A stretch of DNA of 64,000 bases, from assembly GCA_003971905.1 (NCBI GenBank), contig RSEE01000039.1, positions 372,001 to 436,000 of the forward strand. Direction: 5' to 3'. This document shows positions 28,601-45,847 of this stretch, in pieces. The translations under genes were made by a program, and so were the position numbers. How positions within the stretch are numbered: the stretch's first letter is position 1; every line of letters starts with the position of its first letter. This DNA is from Moniliella sp. 'wahieum' (Eukaryota). The notes beneath the pieces are model-generated. The model was not told the origin of the DNA. It saw only the letters and a list, made by a program, of their open reading frames with translations, and did not search any database.

Positions 28601-29509
28601 GTTGGCCGCTTGTGCAGTGTCCTTCTCCTCCACTTTTGGTCCAGCAGGAGCGCAGCAAGAACAGATACGTTTTCCCTTGCCAGTACGGTAGGTACCACCA
28701 AAGGCGGGCAGACGCGCTCCGCCCAGTCGTCCGCAATCGTATAGGAAGGAGCGGGAAGGGTGTTTGAATGGCAAGGAGAATAGCAATCCGGTCCGAACTG
28801 AGCACTGCCGTCCCGCCGACGCGAGGGGGAAGAGTTTGTTGCGCATCCACTCCTCGGCCTCGGGAGTGGGTTGCTCCCGCGCTACCCGGTAAAGCTGAAC
28901 CAGAACGGCCGCAGCGGCATCTGACAGCCAGGATTTGGATGCAGCAGTGGCGAGAGTGATGCGGGTGGCTAGCTGGAGGGCGCGGTGCGGGGCAGGGTCG
29001 TAGGTGTGGCTCAACGCGGGGCCGAGGGCGAGGGCATGGATGGCAAAGAGCTTGGCAAAGAGGGCGTCGCGCTCCTCCTGGCCCGATGCACGCGAAGAAA
29101 CAGAGGTGTTGTGGAGAACAAGCTTGAGAACGCCGTGGGCGACAGACGGTTCTTCGCCAGGGTGTGCAGGCGCCAAGAGCGGGGCCAGCGCGGTTGCAAA
29201 CCCAAGCCGGGCCGACGCACGAGGAGAGGCGAGGCCACGCACAAGACGGGTCATGGCATAGGACACCTCGCGGGGAAGGCGGTCGAGGGCGGCCTGGGCG
29301 GCCTTGACGCTCTCGGGGCTGGGCGGTTGGAGCCAGTCGCCCTGCTGGAGGGGCTCGTCGGCTTGGGCCAGCACGGCGGGTCGATGTCGGCGTCGGCGGC
29401 CGGTGGCAAGGGGCGCGAGGGCGGTGGCCAGCGCCTCGGCAGCCCCGATGCGCTTGTCGGGCTCGTCGGACGCAAGCGTCCAGAAGAGAGCGAGCGTGCC
29501 GTCGCTCAT
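25677..29509 (-). CDS. POL5: DNA polymerase phi / MYBBP1A homologue (rRNA biogenesis)
   Basis: LALFWTLAS....RIGAAEAL, YAMTRLVRGLASPRASARLGFATAL, SGQEERDALFAKLFA, SAERKLWGF, acidic tract then DEEMLALDSKLAQIFR, FLSDALNRFPQLGW, Lys-rich end. Confidence 0.9.
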
Positions 29510-29636
29510 TGGGGGCGGGGGCGGTCGTGGGAAGGGCGGAGGCGGGCTGGGCGGCCTGGATGCGGCAGGCAGGCGCACCGGGCCAAAAAAAAAAGAAAAT
29601 GGGCGGAAGCAGCCGAGGCGGAATGGGGATGTGCCG

Positions 29637-29644
29637 GTCACGTG
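29637..29644. promoter_or_regulatory. GTCACGTG (Cbf1/CDEI-type E-box) in the POL5/CK1 bidirectional promoter
   Basis: Exact GTCACGTG. The same motif occurs at 9334-9341 (reverse), 44006-44013 and 45900-45907, each upstream of a gene or candidate gene start. Confidence 0.35.
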
Positions 29645-29839
29645 TGCGGGGTGCCTGGCTGGGCTGGGCTGGGGAGCTGCCTGGCTGGCCCCGTTCGGCG
29701 GCGGCCTAGCCAGTACGAGCGCCCAACGCAACCAGACGACGCCCTAAGTTCGGCACCCGTTCGACGCCGTCCACGCCAGCCACGCCGTCCACGCAGCACT
29801 CCGCGTCCAGCCCCGCGCGCCCCTGCCAGCCCCCGCCCC

Positions 29840-31258
29840 ATGTCCAGCTCCTCCGCCAACGTCGTTGGCATCCACTACAAGGTCGGCCGCAAGATTGGCG
29901 AGGGCTCCTTTGGCGTCATTTGAAGGCGTCAACCTGCTCAACAGCCAAACCGTTGCCATCAAATTTGAGCCGCGCAAGAGCGATGCCCGCAGCTGCGCGA
30001 CGAGTACCGCTCGTACAAGATCCTGAGCGGATCCTTTGGCATCCCCCAGGTCTACTACTTTGGCCAAGAGGGCCTGCACAACGTCCTCGTCATCGACCTC
30101 CTCGGGCCCTCCCTCGAGGACCTGTTTGACATGTGGGCGCAAGTTTGGAGTCAAGACGGTATGCATGACTGCCAAGCAGATGATCACACGCATCCAGAGC
30201 GTCCACGAAAAGAACCTCATCTACCGCGACATCAAGCCCGACAACTTCCTCATTGGCCGGCCCGGTACCAAGGGGGCCAACGTGGTCCACCTCGTCGACT
30301 TTGGCATGGCCAAGCTCTACCGCGACCCCAAGACCAAGCAGCACATCCCTTACCGTGAGCGCAAGTCTCTTTCTGGTACGGCTCGGTATATGTCCATCAA
30401 CACCCACCTCGGTCGCGAGCAGTCGCGCCGGATGACCTCGAGTCGCTCGGACATGTGTTTATGTACTTTCTCCGCGGCTCCCTGCCTTGGCAGGGACTCA
30501 AGGCCGCCACCAACAGACAAAAGTAAAAAGATTGGCGATACCAAGCAGTCCACCCCGGTGGCCAAGTTGTGCGAAGGCCTTCCAGAGGAATTCGCTATTT
30601 ACCTCAACTATGTGCGCAAACTGGCTTTGATGAGGAGCCCGACTATGACTTTATCCGCGATTTGATGGACAATGTGCTCAAGTCCCGAGGCGAGCAGGAG
30701 GACGATCAGTACGATTGGAACCTACTCAATGATGGCAAGGGGTGGGAAGCCTCGGTCCAGAAGCAGCACCGCGAGCGGGAGCGCGAACGCGAACGCCGGG
30801 CCGAGGAAAGGGAGCGTCGACGTCGGCACCAGCAACAACAACAACAAGCCACCCAGTCGGACGCGGTGCATGCGGGGCAAGTTGCCGCGGCCCAAGGCGC
30901 ATCGGGCATCGGGAGAGGCGCGTCTCAACGCCGCCCAGGAGGGATGTCCACTCCAGTCTCGGGAGAAACTGGACGCTCGCGCCCTACTGCTGTGGGTTAA
31001 ACTCGGTTCCAGGGCAACCTCCTGGGTCGAACATGGCGATCCGTGAGGCCGCGACCCAAGCAGGTTCAACTCAGCTGACCGGTCTCGGTGCCAACGAGGG
31101 CGATGCATCGGCGGTGCCCTCCGCCGGGGTGGGGGGGTGAGCTGCGGCATCGCCCGCACAACCCTCCTTCGCCTGCAAAGCCCATTGACGCCCCTACTCA
31201 CGCCTCAAGCACAAGACGAAACACCTTCCTTCATATCTTGACGTGTGGCTGTGTGTGA
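29840..31258 (+). CDS. Casein kinase I, Yck1/2-Cki1 type (membrane-anchored)
   Basis: [82 protein letters not shown]. After a G-run frameshift at ~31131 the frame ends [10 protein letters not shown], a palmitoylation-type tail. Confidence 0.93.
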
Positions 31259-31895
31259 GGGAAACCTCCTTAGTGCCCTACTTTTCGGTCTCTTGCATCT
31301 GCTTCGCCACACCGTATCTCTTCGTTCGCTTCCTTTCGGTATGGTCCTTCACTCTCAGGCCCCTTGAGGTGGACGCACTTCGAAGCATCCGTCACCCTGT
31401 GCCCTGCCTCCCGTCCCCCTCCGCTGTTCGCTTCTTTGGTCTGCTCCCTCTCCCATAGTTTCCAATCGTGATCGTCACGGACACTCTCGCTATATGGGTT
31501 GCTATCGTAGTACTCGCATATGGTTGGCGGTCGATAACCATGCGCAACGCAAACTGGCGTGGGATGCATCTACAAAAACGCAGCTGGCAACAGTGCGCTG
31601 GATCATGGCCAACGGAACGGGTATATCCGATCGCAAAACCCATGCATTCTTGGAAAGAGCCTCACTCGGCCACAGCATCTTTCTTCGCCTCTTTCTTAGG
31701 ACGAGCAGCAAGAGGGGTAAATTCCAGCCCGTGTGATGAAGTCGATCGCGACCGTTCCGCTTGGGGGGGGCAAGTCCTTCTTCAGAACCGACGTTCCTCT
31801 CATTTCTCACCGAGGCAGAGGATGTCGACCGAGGACGGTTCCCGGAGCGTTTTTTATGCCCGGCCGAGCCCGTCGACTTGGGGTGAGTGAGGGGC

Positions 31896-33525
31896 TCAGG
31901 GTGGAGAGTGCGCTCCAGTGCCATTGACAGTGGGGGGAGAGGCTAAGATCGGGCCGTGTCCGCATGTTGAGCTGGGTAAGGGTACGGTTGCAGCAAATGC
32001 AGACCCCGACTGACCCTCAGCGGCAACTGGTAGTTCCCTCCGTCCCCCACCCGGTGGAATGTTTCCAGCACCGCCACTAGCCATGATGTGATCGTAATCG
32101 TACCCTCCCGTATAGGCATCGAGTGGGTCCGGAGTGGGCCAAGGATCGCGTGCAAAGCCAAAGTGAGGCAGTTCAGGCCCTCGGGTAGGCGCATAATACG
32201 GTACCACCACATCCTGCCTTGCCTCTACATCTAGTCTTGCTCGAGGAGGGAGGCCATAGGAAACGTACCCGTGGAAGGGGGAACGTCGGACGGTACCACT
32301 CGCTCTGACGCGCAGCAAAGTCGGCATGGGCTCGCTTCGCATCCGACGCCGTAAACCCAAACTCATCTCTCTCCTTCTTTGGGGATCGGACCAAACCCAC
32401 CTGCAGCAGCTTCGGCATGGGCCTCTCCCACTTGGCCGGCTCCACCGTGATGATAGGCATTGATGTGGTGGTAGAACGCTTTTTCTTTTTTGCGAGACCT
32501 GGTTCGTGAGCGGCTTTTGGAAGATTCGGAAGGAACAGAAGGGTAGACTCGCTCCCTTCTTCCTGCCCACAGGGGTCGTTGAGCGGAACAGTTTCATCAT
32601 TCGGTGTGTGTAACGACCGTCGGGACAATAAAGACAGTAAAGAACTCTTTCTTGTCCTTGGAAGGGGAGGTGGGGCATCAACCTCCACAGCTCTCGTGGG
32701 TGGGGGCTCAGTCTCCTCCTGATGCACTCGGGGGTGGGGGGGAGATCGCTTGCCTATTGAGCATGGCAGTAGTCTCATCGGAGGAAATCAGGACGTTAGG
32801 TGTGTTGAGAGGAGGTGAATCGCATTGCGTGTTCATTTGCGATGAGTCAAGCGTGGGCTTCTTTGAGAGACGGTGGGGGATAAAGGGGGGGAAGCCCAGC
32901 CAAGTCTTGCTCGTTCACAACATGTGCATCCTCCATACCGGACGTTTGCAGACCATCTTCCGTCTCTACCAGGATTCCTGTCGCCGTTAAAGTGGTAGAC
33001 GGACCTCTCGGGAGATGGGCGAATGCGCTTGCTCCTCTTCCCCTCCCTGCTCATGGCGATAATCGTCGTCCTCATCGTCGGATAGGAGGGCAATGGGTGG
33101 ATATAAAGAGACAAAGCCACAAGTGGCATAATGTGCAGTAGCACGCCATGTGCGTGCTGTGCTTGACAGAGACTCACCGCCCGTCTCCGTAAGCATGTCG
33201 TCGTCGGAGTCGCCAGGAAGTTGAATGGGTTTGGGGGAGAAAAGTAGGCAGATCCGGCTGGGTCTGTCGTTGGGAGCGAGGAGAGCGACTTGGCTCACGA
33301 CCCCTTTGACGGGCCGTGGACGCTCATTCCTCCGGCCACGATGAGGGGGCGTCCGGATGTAAAGGGAAATATCCTCGGTATCGGATGGAGAATCATCGTG
33401 GGCGTCTTGGTTGGGGAAAATCAATGTGGGTGGCATTTGCGCAAGGGACGACGGCCGGTGTTGATGGCGACGAACGAATGCTCTTGGCTCTGATGATGAA
33501 GATGGGATGCATCAGGGGGAGCCAT
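31896..33525 (-). CDS. Hypothetical low-complexity protein (fragmented)
   Basis: Chain of overlapping minus-strand ORFs (33421, 32987, 32173, 31896) with Pro-, acidic- and basic-rich content and a GTGAGT donor near 33177. No domain recognised. Confidence 0.35.
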
Positions 33526-34125
33526 GGCGGCAGCCACACTGTGCCGCTCGGTAGATGGCGTTTCGAAGCATGGGCAAGAGAGATGCGGTAGTGGAGCCCT
33601 CACAGTCTGGTCTGGTGGCGGCGGCTTGCAAGCAAGAGCGCGTCGGTCAGCAAGAGGAGACGATAAAAAACAGGAAAAATGGTTGTCTCTATTACAGCCT
33701 GGAGGTTGCGTGTGGCGCAGCTCAACCCTACAGCCCATCCTTTCGTGTATTAATTAGGGCTGTCCAGCTCAGGCGCCCTGTGGGGCTGAGTACTGAGTGT
33801 GTGCAATACATAGATCTCACTCTTCTCACTGCACATCTTTGCCACATGCCCCCCCCACCCGCGTCATATTAGGATCGCGCTCAGCACTCGTGCTCACGCT
33901 CAACGGTACTCCTCACAGTACTACTCAGGGGCGTCCTCGCCCCTTGCCTCCCCGCACACTACGTCTGCCGCAGCTGCGCCTCCGCCGCGGAGTCGATCAA
34001 GATGCAAGTACGCAAAACGCAGCCCTCAACGCAGCTCTCACGGCTACTAGCTAAGAGGACCGTGACAGCTACGTTGCATATAAACAGAAGCTCACACTGT
34101 CACGCTGCAGATCACCAAAAAGGGA

Positions 34126-34206
34126 AGGTCCCACTGGGATTCGAACCCAGGTTTCAGGAAGTAGGCGATCAGAATCCTACTTGCTAACCAACTACAATAT
34201 GGAACC
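34126..34206 (-). tRNA. tRNA-Gln(CUG) with an 8-nt intron
   Basis: GGTTCCA/TGGGACC acceptor stem, D arm, TAGGA-TTCTGA[tcgcctac]T-TCCTG anticodon arm, CTGGG-TTCGAAT-CCCAG T arm, followed by a T5 Pol III terminator. Confidence 0.93.
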
Positions 34207-34250
34207 TGAGGCATGTGCGCGGAGGGTAAGCAAAATTCATGCTTCCAACG

Positions 34251-34288
34251 TCAGTTGTCAGATGTCAGTCGTCAGTTGTCGGAAGTTA
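34251..34288. repeat. Degenerate 7-bp tandem array (TCAGTTG)n
   Basis: TCA at 34251, 34258, 34265 and 34272, then TCG at 34279 and TTA at 34286. Confidence 0.75.
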
Positions 34289-35090
34289 GTACACTCCGCC
34301 AGCACTCAACAGATACTCAGTCGCAGTCAGTCTCCAGGCCTTCTGGCGAGGGCCGGTTGAAACGTTTGGGACCCGAGGGCATGAGGTCCTCCTGCCTGAG
34401 GCTCAGGCCTGAGCCTGAGCTCCCTGGTCGGTACGAATTGATTCGGCTGACGGGTGCTGCTTTGCACAAGCTCGTATGAGCGCATGTGCGAAGAGAAGAC
34501 AATGGGAAGGGGGCTGGCTGCGAGCAAAGCGAAAGGACATGGAGGAGAAAAAAAGAAAGCCTTCTTCGGATGAGCCCGCGCAAGTGGCTTGGAGCGTGGG
34601 AGCCATCTGCATGCCATACATGTCACACGTCACCGGATCACCGGCATCCTTCAGGCACCAGACAGCAGACGCCCCATGGCGATGTCCAACTGAACGTTCA
34701 GATCTCCGACTGCTCCCTCTCCCCCATGCGCGCCTCCTTCGTCTGCCCACCGCCACCACCCCCCATGGCCAGCACAGCAGCCCCCCAACACGCACCTGCC
34801 GCCCGCCGCCGCCCCCACCACCGCCATGGGCAGCCGCTGCGCCCAGCCCAGGCGCCGATCCACGCCCCCCCTCGCCCAGCGCCTCCGACCGCCGCCTGGC
34901 CGCTGGTGCACATGCTCACCGTCATGGTCCAGTGGGAGGGAAGCGCGCCGCCGCCCTCGCCCACTCCGACCCCTGCTGGGCCAGGCCATCCTCCTCCTCT
35001 CGCCCGCCGCGCACGCGTGCCCGCCATCCTACCGCCCTGTCCCCGCTTCTGCCGCCGCGCCGCGCCACATTTAGCACAGCCGCAGCAGCA

Positions 35091-39345
<4,255 letters not shown>

Positions 39346-39749
39346 TGATCGTATGATGACGGTGACCTGATCCTTCAAGCAAAGATAGTAATGTTTCTCG
39401 AAGGCCAAGTGCTAACCCCCCACCCTCGGCCTCTCAATTGGATGTAACATGTAACAGAGAGTTACCAGAACCATGGGGAAAACGGATGAGGGTGGTAGAC
39501 ATCCGAGTGAGTTGGATTCGTTCCAGCGAGAGGTGGTAGTGGTCAAGCTGGGATGGGGCAGCACTGCTGCTTATCGCATCTTTCAAGGGCGTAACCGGAT
39601 TGAGATGAAGATAAAACCACGCACGAGTAGTCCAGCGCTGTACTCGCTTTGCTGGGCCGCAAAGGGCCTCAAACAGCAGAAGAGCGGATTCCTACTCTCT
39701 CGGGTCTGTGCCTCACCAATACAAGGCCAAACTGCTTCCATGAAAAAAA

Positions 39750-39851
39750 TGTCGTGTCCCGGGATCGAACCGGGGACCTTGAGGAATCCTACAGGATTTG
39801 TTATCGAAGATGCACTTCAATCTCACGCTCTCCCATCTGAGCTAACCCGAC
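39750..39851 (-). tRNA. tRNA-Phe(GAA) with a ~29-nt intron
   Basis: GTCGGGT/ACACGAC acceptor stem, GCTC-AGATGGGA-GAGC D arm, TGAGA-TTGAAG + intron, AGGTC variable loop, CCCGG-TTCGATC-CCGGG T arm, T7 terminator. Confidence 0.9.
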
Positions 39852-40012
39852 TTAATGAATGACATGGCTGCTGCTAATGGCAAATTGGGTGGGCAGGCTA
39901 TGATATACGCATCCACACTATTTTGTCTTTGTTACCACATCCTCACATCCTATGCTCTCTGCCCAAGTGGGTCAAGACGCCAGTCTGCACGGCCCAAAGG
40001 TTGACCAGTCCA

Positions 40013-42706
40013 TCATTGCGCGTCTGACTTGGTCGTTGCCCTGACCTTGGCCGCCACGGCGGCTGCCATGGCCCGCTGGGCCTCCTCGTAATGGCGCAGA
40101 TTGGTGCCAGTGAAGAAGCCATTAAAGTCCAGCCGGGCAGCGAGTTGGGTGAAGTGTTGCCGTGCGGTCGCGCCCATTTCCGCTTCAACCTTGAGCTGTT
40201 CAGCCCGCCCGAGCCCGCCACTGGTCGGGACGGGCTCCCGCGCCCGGGCCCTTCCACCACAAACTCAAAAAAGTCCCGCAGCTGTTCGCGCACATCGACC
40301 ACCAGCGCAAGCATGGCCTCGTACCGCACCTTGAGCTCCGCCGACTCGGCAGCACTGGCCCGGTCATCCCCAACCGAGCCTTCGCTCAACAAGCCCGGAA
40401 GCACATCCCCCCCCCACCGGGCGATCAGCCCATAAAGACGCTCGCAGTTGCTCACCACCGCCATCACCAGCTTGCACAACGGAGGGAAGGAGAGCAGCAG
40501 CCCGTCCTGCACGTACGCCAGGAACGTGGTATGCAGGGTGCGCACATCTGCAAAATCTAGCCGGGAGGGGGGTTCCCGCCCACCACCCCAGCCTTGTGAG
40601 GGAGCCACACTGCGTGGGCCTAATGATAGGCCTACCTTGCGTGGGGATACGCTGGGCCCAACGTGCTGGGCGGGCGCCATTCAGGCCCGGGGGTGCTCTG
40701 GGCCCGTGTCCTTGCCCCCTCCTCCAATATGTGTGAGGCACGTCCCCCCAGCCTTGAGGGGAAGGGAAGCATCGTTGGAGGGTGCTTGCCAAGTTTGGTA
40801 GGGGAAGAAAGGTGCCGCACCGGACGTCCCGGTAGGCTACTGGCCGCACGAGATGGAGAAGCTGCGGGGCTGGAGGCATTGCTAAGTCGCTTTTCCCGTT
40901 TATCTTGTCTTTGCTCATGGGCTTGGTATAGTTGGTTGAGTAGAGTGTGGTACTGAACCTCAATCACATCCGTCTGCACTACAGTTAGCATTGAACCGGA
41001 TCCCGCGGAGGGAACGTACCTGGAAATGCCCGAGCAGAGTATCCAAGAACCAAATCAAGTCTCGCGCAAGGCACCATGCGAGACGGAGCACGTCAGAACG
41101 ATGCTTCACCTCTTTGGAATTCACGCCGCCCTCTCCAACGCCAGTAAACTTGCGCCGCACTCGTTGGTTGTTGGAGAGGGTCGTCCAACACTCCACGACG
41201 CGGCGGTGGGTGTTGCATAACGAGAACAAGTAAGAGGAAAATGTCGCATATCGAGCCACTTCGGTAGGGGACAGGAACAAGTCCAGGGGGAACTCGGCCG
41301 TGTAGCTCAATTGCCATCCAGGTACTCCCGCATGGTGAGCGAACGATTCCGCCTCCTCTCCAGGGAGAACAGGACGCCAATGCAAGCGTTCCATTGATGG
41401 GTGTTCCATATCCCCTATGGTTCGGTGTAGGGCTTGTTCCATGTCGGCTTCGTGCAGAGCGGCAGAGGATGCAGTCTGAGCATTCTGTTTTGCCTTCTTG
41501 GCGCGTTTCAGTTCTGACAGGAGAGAACAGACAAAGCTGCCATTCCGAAGGAGAAAAACTGGCCCAAATCCTCCAAGGCTGATACGACCACCTCATTGGT
41601 CAAGACGGTGCGCCAGAGCCACTCGCCCACCTCTTGTTGCAGGTCGAGCAATGTTTGGGAAAACATGAGCGGGTGACTAGGACGAGCATCGGACCGGCGC
41701 AGACGTGCCGCGTAAACTGTGGCGAGGGATTGAGGTATTGGGCCAACCTCGGCTCCGCCGCGACCCGTGGCAAAATACTTGACCCGGTGCAATGCGCGGC
41801 CGATATAGAGGATGGTGTCGGCAAGGGAGGAAGGGATGGAGCGAGGGAGCGCGTAAGGTCGTAGGACCCAATCGGTCTCTGTTTGCTCCACAAGAGCGTC
41901 CCGGCCAGAGGATGTAAGGTGTGATCCCATGGACACAGGACTGCCACTCACTGTGCCTGGCACACCCAATCGATCAGAATCACCGTCCAGCTATCCTCCA
42001 CTGCTTCACGCACCGACGCCATGAGATCTGCCACTCGGGCGATCCCCGTATCCACCGCATGGTCCAGCAGATCAATCAGCAACCCCCCCTCCATCCCTCC
42101 AGACCCGTAGGCAGAGAATCCACGTCCGCCATATCGGACAAGCCGAGGAGGGTGTGGCTCTCCCGTGGGCCTAGGAGCAAGGCTCGTACCAGTCGCCGTA
42201 GCGCCAGCACGCGGTACCAGTCGGCCAACTCGGCGCGCACCGAGAGGAGGGATACAAAAGAATGAGACGCGATAAAGTCTGGGTCGCGCTCCAGGGAGCC
42301 TGCTCGATGACCAAGACGCGCTTCTGATACGCATCGAGGGCTTTCAGGAGCGCGGCACAAAGCGGTGCGAGGTGGGCAGAGACGCGGTCATCGGGACGCG
42401 CGGCACGGGAGGCAGCGCGGCGCAGAGTTGGATGCGAGAGCGCTCCAGATGGACCTGTGCGAACCGATGGACAAGACGGACACTCCATCCGAGTTCGGCG
42501 AGACTTTGGAGCTGCGCCCGCTCCCCGGGTCGCAGCGGGACTTCGGGGAGGACACGCACCGACGCATCGAGGGCAGCAAGCAGCTCGGGCTCACTCGTCA
42601 GGGAGGCCAGGCCGTTCCCCTCAGGGCTGGGGGTGCCGTCGGGTGCGTAGGCGGCAACGAGCGACGACGGATGTCCGCTTAGGATCAGAAGCACCTCGGG
42701 CAGCAT
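40013..42706 (-). CDS. Gamma-tubulin complex component, GCP4-like (Spc97/Spc98 family)
   Basis: MLPEVLLILSGHPSSL, LRPGERAQLQSLAELG, LPRSIPSSLADTILYIGRAL, LSYTAEFPLDLFLS...Y..FSYL, HFQ|TDVIEVQY (intron 40974-41019), LDFADVRTLH, RWGGDVLPGLL, LAARLDFNGFF. Confidence 0.88.
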
Positions 42707-44188
42707 CGCCAAGCACGTCCAGCCCGTAGCTAGCCAAGAGCCGCCCCAAAATGGCCCTCGCCAAGAGGCACAAAAACAGAAGCACGCGTCACGCGGCGCG
42801 AGGGGGCCGCTGACGTAAGCAGGATCCCCTCGACTGTGCTTAGCGCTTATCTTACTCCACTACGGAGAGGCTGCGGACTGCGCCCACCCCCAGCGCTCAC
42901 ACGACCAGTCCGTCTACGTTCATCGTCAGCATTCGACCCTGCAGCCGAACAGCCTGCTGCTAGGAAGGGAGGAGAGGGGATACTATGCTATCCCATATGA
43001 CTACCCGGCCGAGAGAAACGCATTGATACCTTACGCGACAAGGGTCGCGCGGGGCCAATACGGTCTCCGGCATGGCCAAGACCTCCGATGGCGGCCTGGA
43101 ACAGTGTATTAAACGATAGCAAAGCAAGTGTAGGTCCGCTCTGGCCGAAGACTGCTACAGGCCGTATCAGAGTGACGAGGATGATGCAGCCATGTTCCCG
43201 TCACGATACCATTGAACTCAGATTCATTTCCCCTTTTCCCAGCAGCAGATTGGGGATAGCCCACAGCCACAACAATGTCTTCCTCTTTCATGACCTAGCG
43301 AGGTAAGCAAAGATATCCGCCCATTTCCTGGCTCCACGAGACGTTTCATCCCCATCAATGCCAGGCAGCGTGTAAGAACTGCAGTCGCCAGCGAGATGCT
43401 CCATCGCAAAGAGATTAAAGAGATTAGCCTTTCTGTTAAGGTGCGGTCTGGGTACGAGCATAGTACTCCTTCCGCAGGCCTTCTTTCCACTTATGGATCT
43501 CATCCTCAGTGGGGATATCCCCTGACGTCCCAGCTCCACGCGAGCAACGGCACGCATGCGCCTTCAAAGTCCCTCTCCTCCAGCTCGTGCCGCAACAAGG
43601 CTTGTCTGCCGAGAAGGTGAACCAAGCCATGGCCACTGAATTGCAAAGTTAGTCCTTCTCAAACCCTCCTTCCCACATTGCGCATGCTCTCTATCGTACC
43701 CAAATCGCCACGAAGAACATACCTGAGATGGTGAGATAGACTTTGACCTGCAACTATGGCGACCAAAGGGGGGTAGGCAATGCCAGCGAATGAAGAGCAG
43801 CCGAGACCGCCTAGGATTGTGCCATACAGCAGCCCCTTGAGCCCAGCGAGGACTGCACACATGACGCATGCTCCGTCTCGTCTTTGCGCCAAAACCGCCT
43901 GCGGGGCTCAAAAGGAGGCGCGCGGGATCACTCATGATGGCGCGCAGTATGGACGAGCAGCTACGAAGTCCGTCATCTCGGCTGTGTCCCGCTTGCCGTG
44001 GGACGGTCACGTGCGGCGAGGTGAGCGCTCGGGTTGTGCGCTCAGCCTGAGCCACGGAGCGACCGGTGCAACTGGGTGTATGATGCACCACATGAATCAT
44101 GGCTGACTAGCTGACTATCTGATCCGCCTCCAGGGCCCCGACGTGACAGTATAGTAGCTGGCACCTTCATTCTTTCGGCCCCTGCCCA

Positions 44189-45684
44189 TCAGCACCCACC
44201 GTCGCCGTGATCTGCGCGCTCTTGTAAAACGTGCATGCTGTAACTTGGCATGCTTCTGGCTATCTCTTCGAGGATGGCATGTGTAACCTGTGACTCTCTC
44301 TCATCATCAAATTCGTCGCGTGAGGTATGACGGCAACCGGTCGTAAGGCGTGAACGTCGGCGCGACGGGGGTACGATAAAGTCTCTTGAGTTGTTCCTTG
44401 AGCTCTGGTCGTACACGTGCATCATGTTTCCCCCATTCCGATGTGGCTGATGAGAAACGAGGGTATCATGCCGCAACACCCGTCGGCTCTCCCCGAACGA
44501 CCACGACGTCTCAGTGTTGGGAAGACCAAAGGAAGAAGAGAAAAGAGTGGATGATCAAGGGCTTCCCTGCGACCAAAGTGATTCGATATGTAGAGTAACA
44601 ACGCACGCAGAAGCTGAAGGATCTGGGGCAGCGTGTTGGAATGGAACAGACTTCCAACCCTCCAGTACATCTATTAGGCCAAGTGAAGCGTAGTGTCCGT
44701 GCCAGAACAAGCCCTTGCGGCCATACTTTGCCTTCCTCTCTCGGAGTGCGGACGACCGAGCACCCGAGCAATGCGCAGTAGCTGATCAACTTGGTTGGTC
44801 CCAGGGAAAGGGGCTCAAGCAGCACGCATTCCCCAATCATGATTCCAGCAGCCCACATGAAACCCCCCCGTACCTCTTTATCCCGAGTAGCAGTTCAGGT
44901 GCGGTACCAGCGCGGTGGATATGTACGTTGACAACGGTTCGTTGGCGTCGGTGATCTGCATCCATGATGCTTTAGTCGTGGCCTCGAAACTGTGGAGGCG
45001 GGGGAAGGGGAAAGGAAAGACCTACCTCCGTTGCTAGGCCTAGATCGGCGATCTTGACTACCAACTTTTGGAGGGAAGTGGCGAGCGTTATCATTGTCTC
45101 CAAGCCACCGGGAAAGGAGATCAGCACGTTCTCAGGCTTGAGGTCACGATGAAGCCAACCATGCTGGTGAATGTGACCAAGCCAAGGAACATCTGTACGC
45201 AATCGAAATAACGGGAGTGGGCCAGTCGTCGTCCCGAGGCCTTGGCATACTCAAAACTTGAATCAAGTTGAAAGGAAGGTATTCAAATACGATGTGGAGC
45301 TCTTTCGGTGAGGAGGGCGGAGAGAAAGACGTCCCAGAGTGCAACGACGTGGGAGTGCGACGGAATAGAAAGCAATGCCTATATCATCAACAATCATCAG
45401 GAAATGCTACTCTACTAGGGAGAAAATAAGAGAGGGGGCAGGGGGGGGGAAGGAACTCTATGTCATACTCGTAGCTCTGGCAGGTCAACAGTTCCCGCGT
45501 TCACATGGGGTGGGATGTGATCCTTAAGCTTCTTGATCGCCACCAGAGTCCCCCCCTCATCTTGTGTGCTACGCTGATTCTGGGTCTTCAAACGCAGAGA
45601 TCCATACCACCGGGCCTGGATGACCGTGCCAAACGCGCCCTGGCCGCAGATGGAGATAGGGTCGTATGCGCGATCTTCCCGCAT
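44189..45684 (-). CDS. Divergent CMGC Ser/Thr kinase, Ime2/MAK/Crk1-like
   Basis: GQGAFGTV, LVAIKKLK, ELHIVFEYL, HRDLKPENVL, KIADLGLATE, STYISTRWYR(A)PELLL, MWAAG, PLFPGTNQVDQL, ALDHPLF. Introns 45379-45468 and 44956-45025. The 3' end is uncertain. Confidence 0.85.
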
Positions 45685-45847
45685 CAGGTTCTGGTGCCGG
45701 GAACGCCGCAGTTGCGTGGCTTGGCTCGTGGATGTGGGGGCCAAGGTTCGTGGATATGTCAAGGTGATCGTGGCTGTCGAGGGAGGAAACGGACGCGTCT
45801 GACGACTTTTTGTCACTTGTGTGGACTTGTGCTATTACTGGCAACTG

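Noticed and set aside
39776..39790. Imperfect 3' anticodon stem in tRNA-Phe (TCCTCA versus TCTCA)
   Set aside because: A one-base discrepancy at a CC run is likely a sequencing error; the rest of the tRNA is intact.
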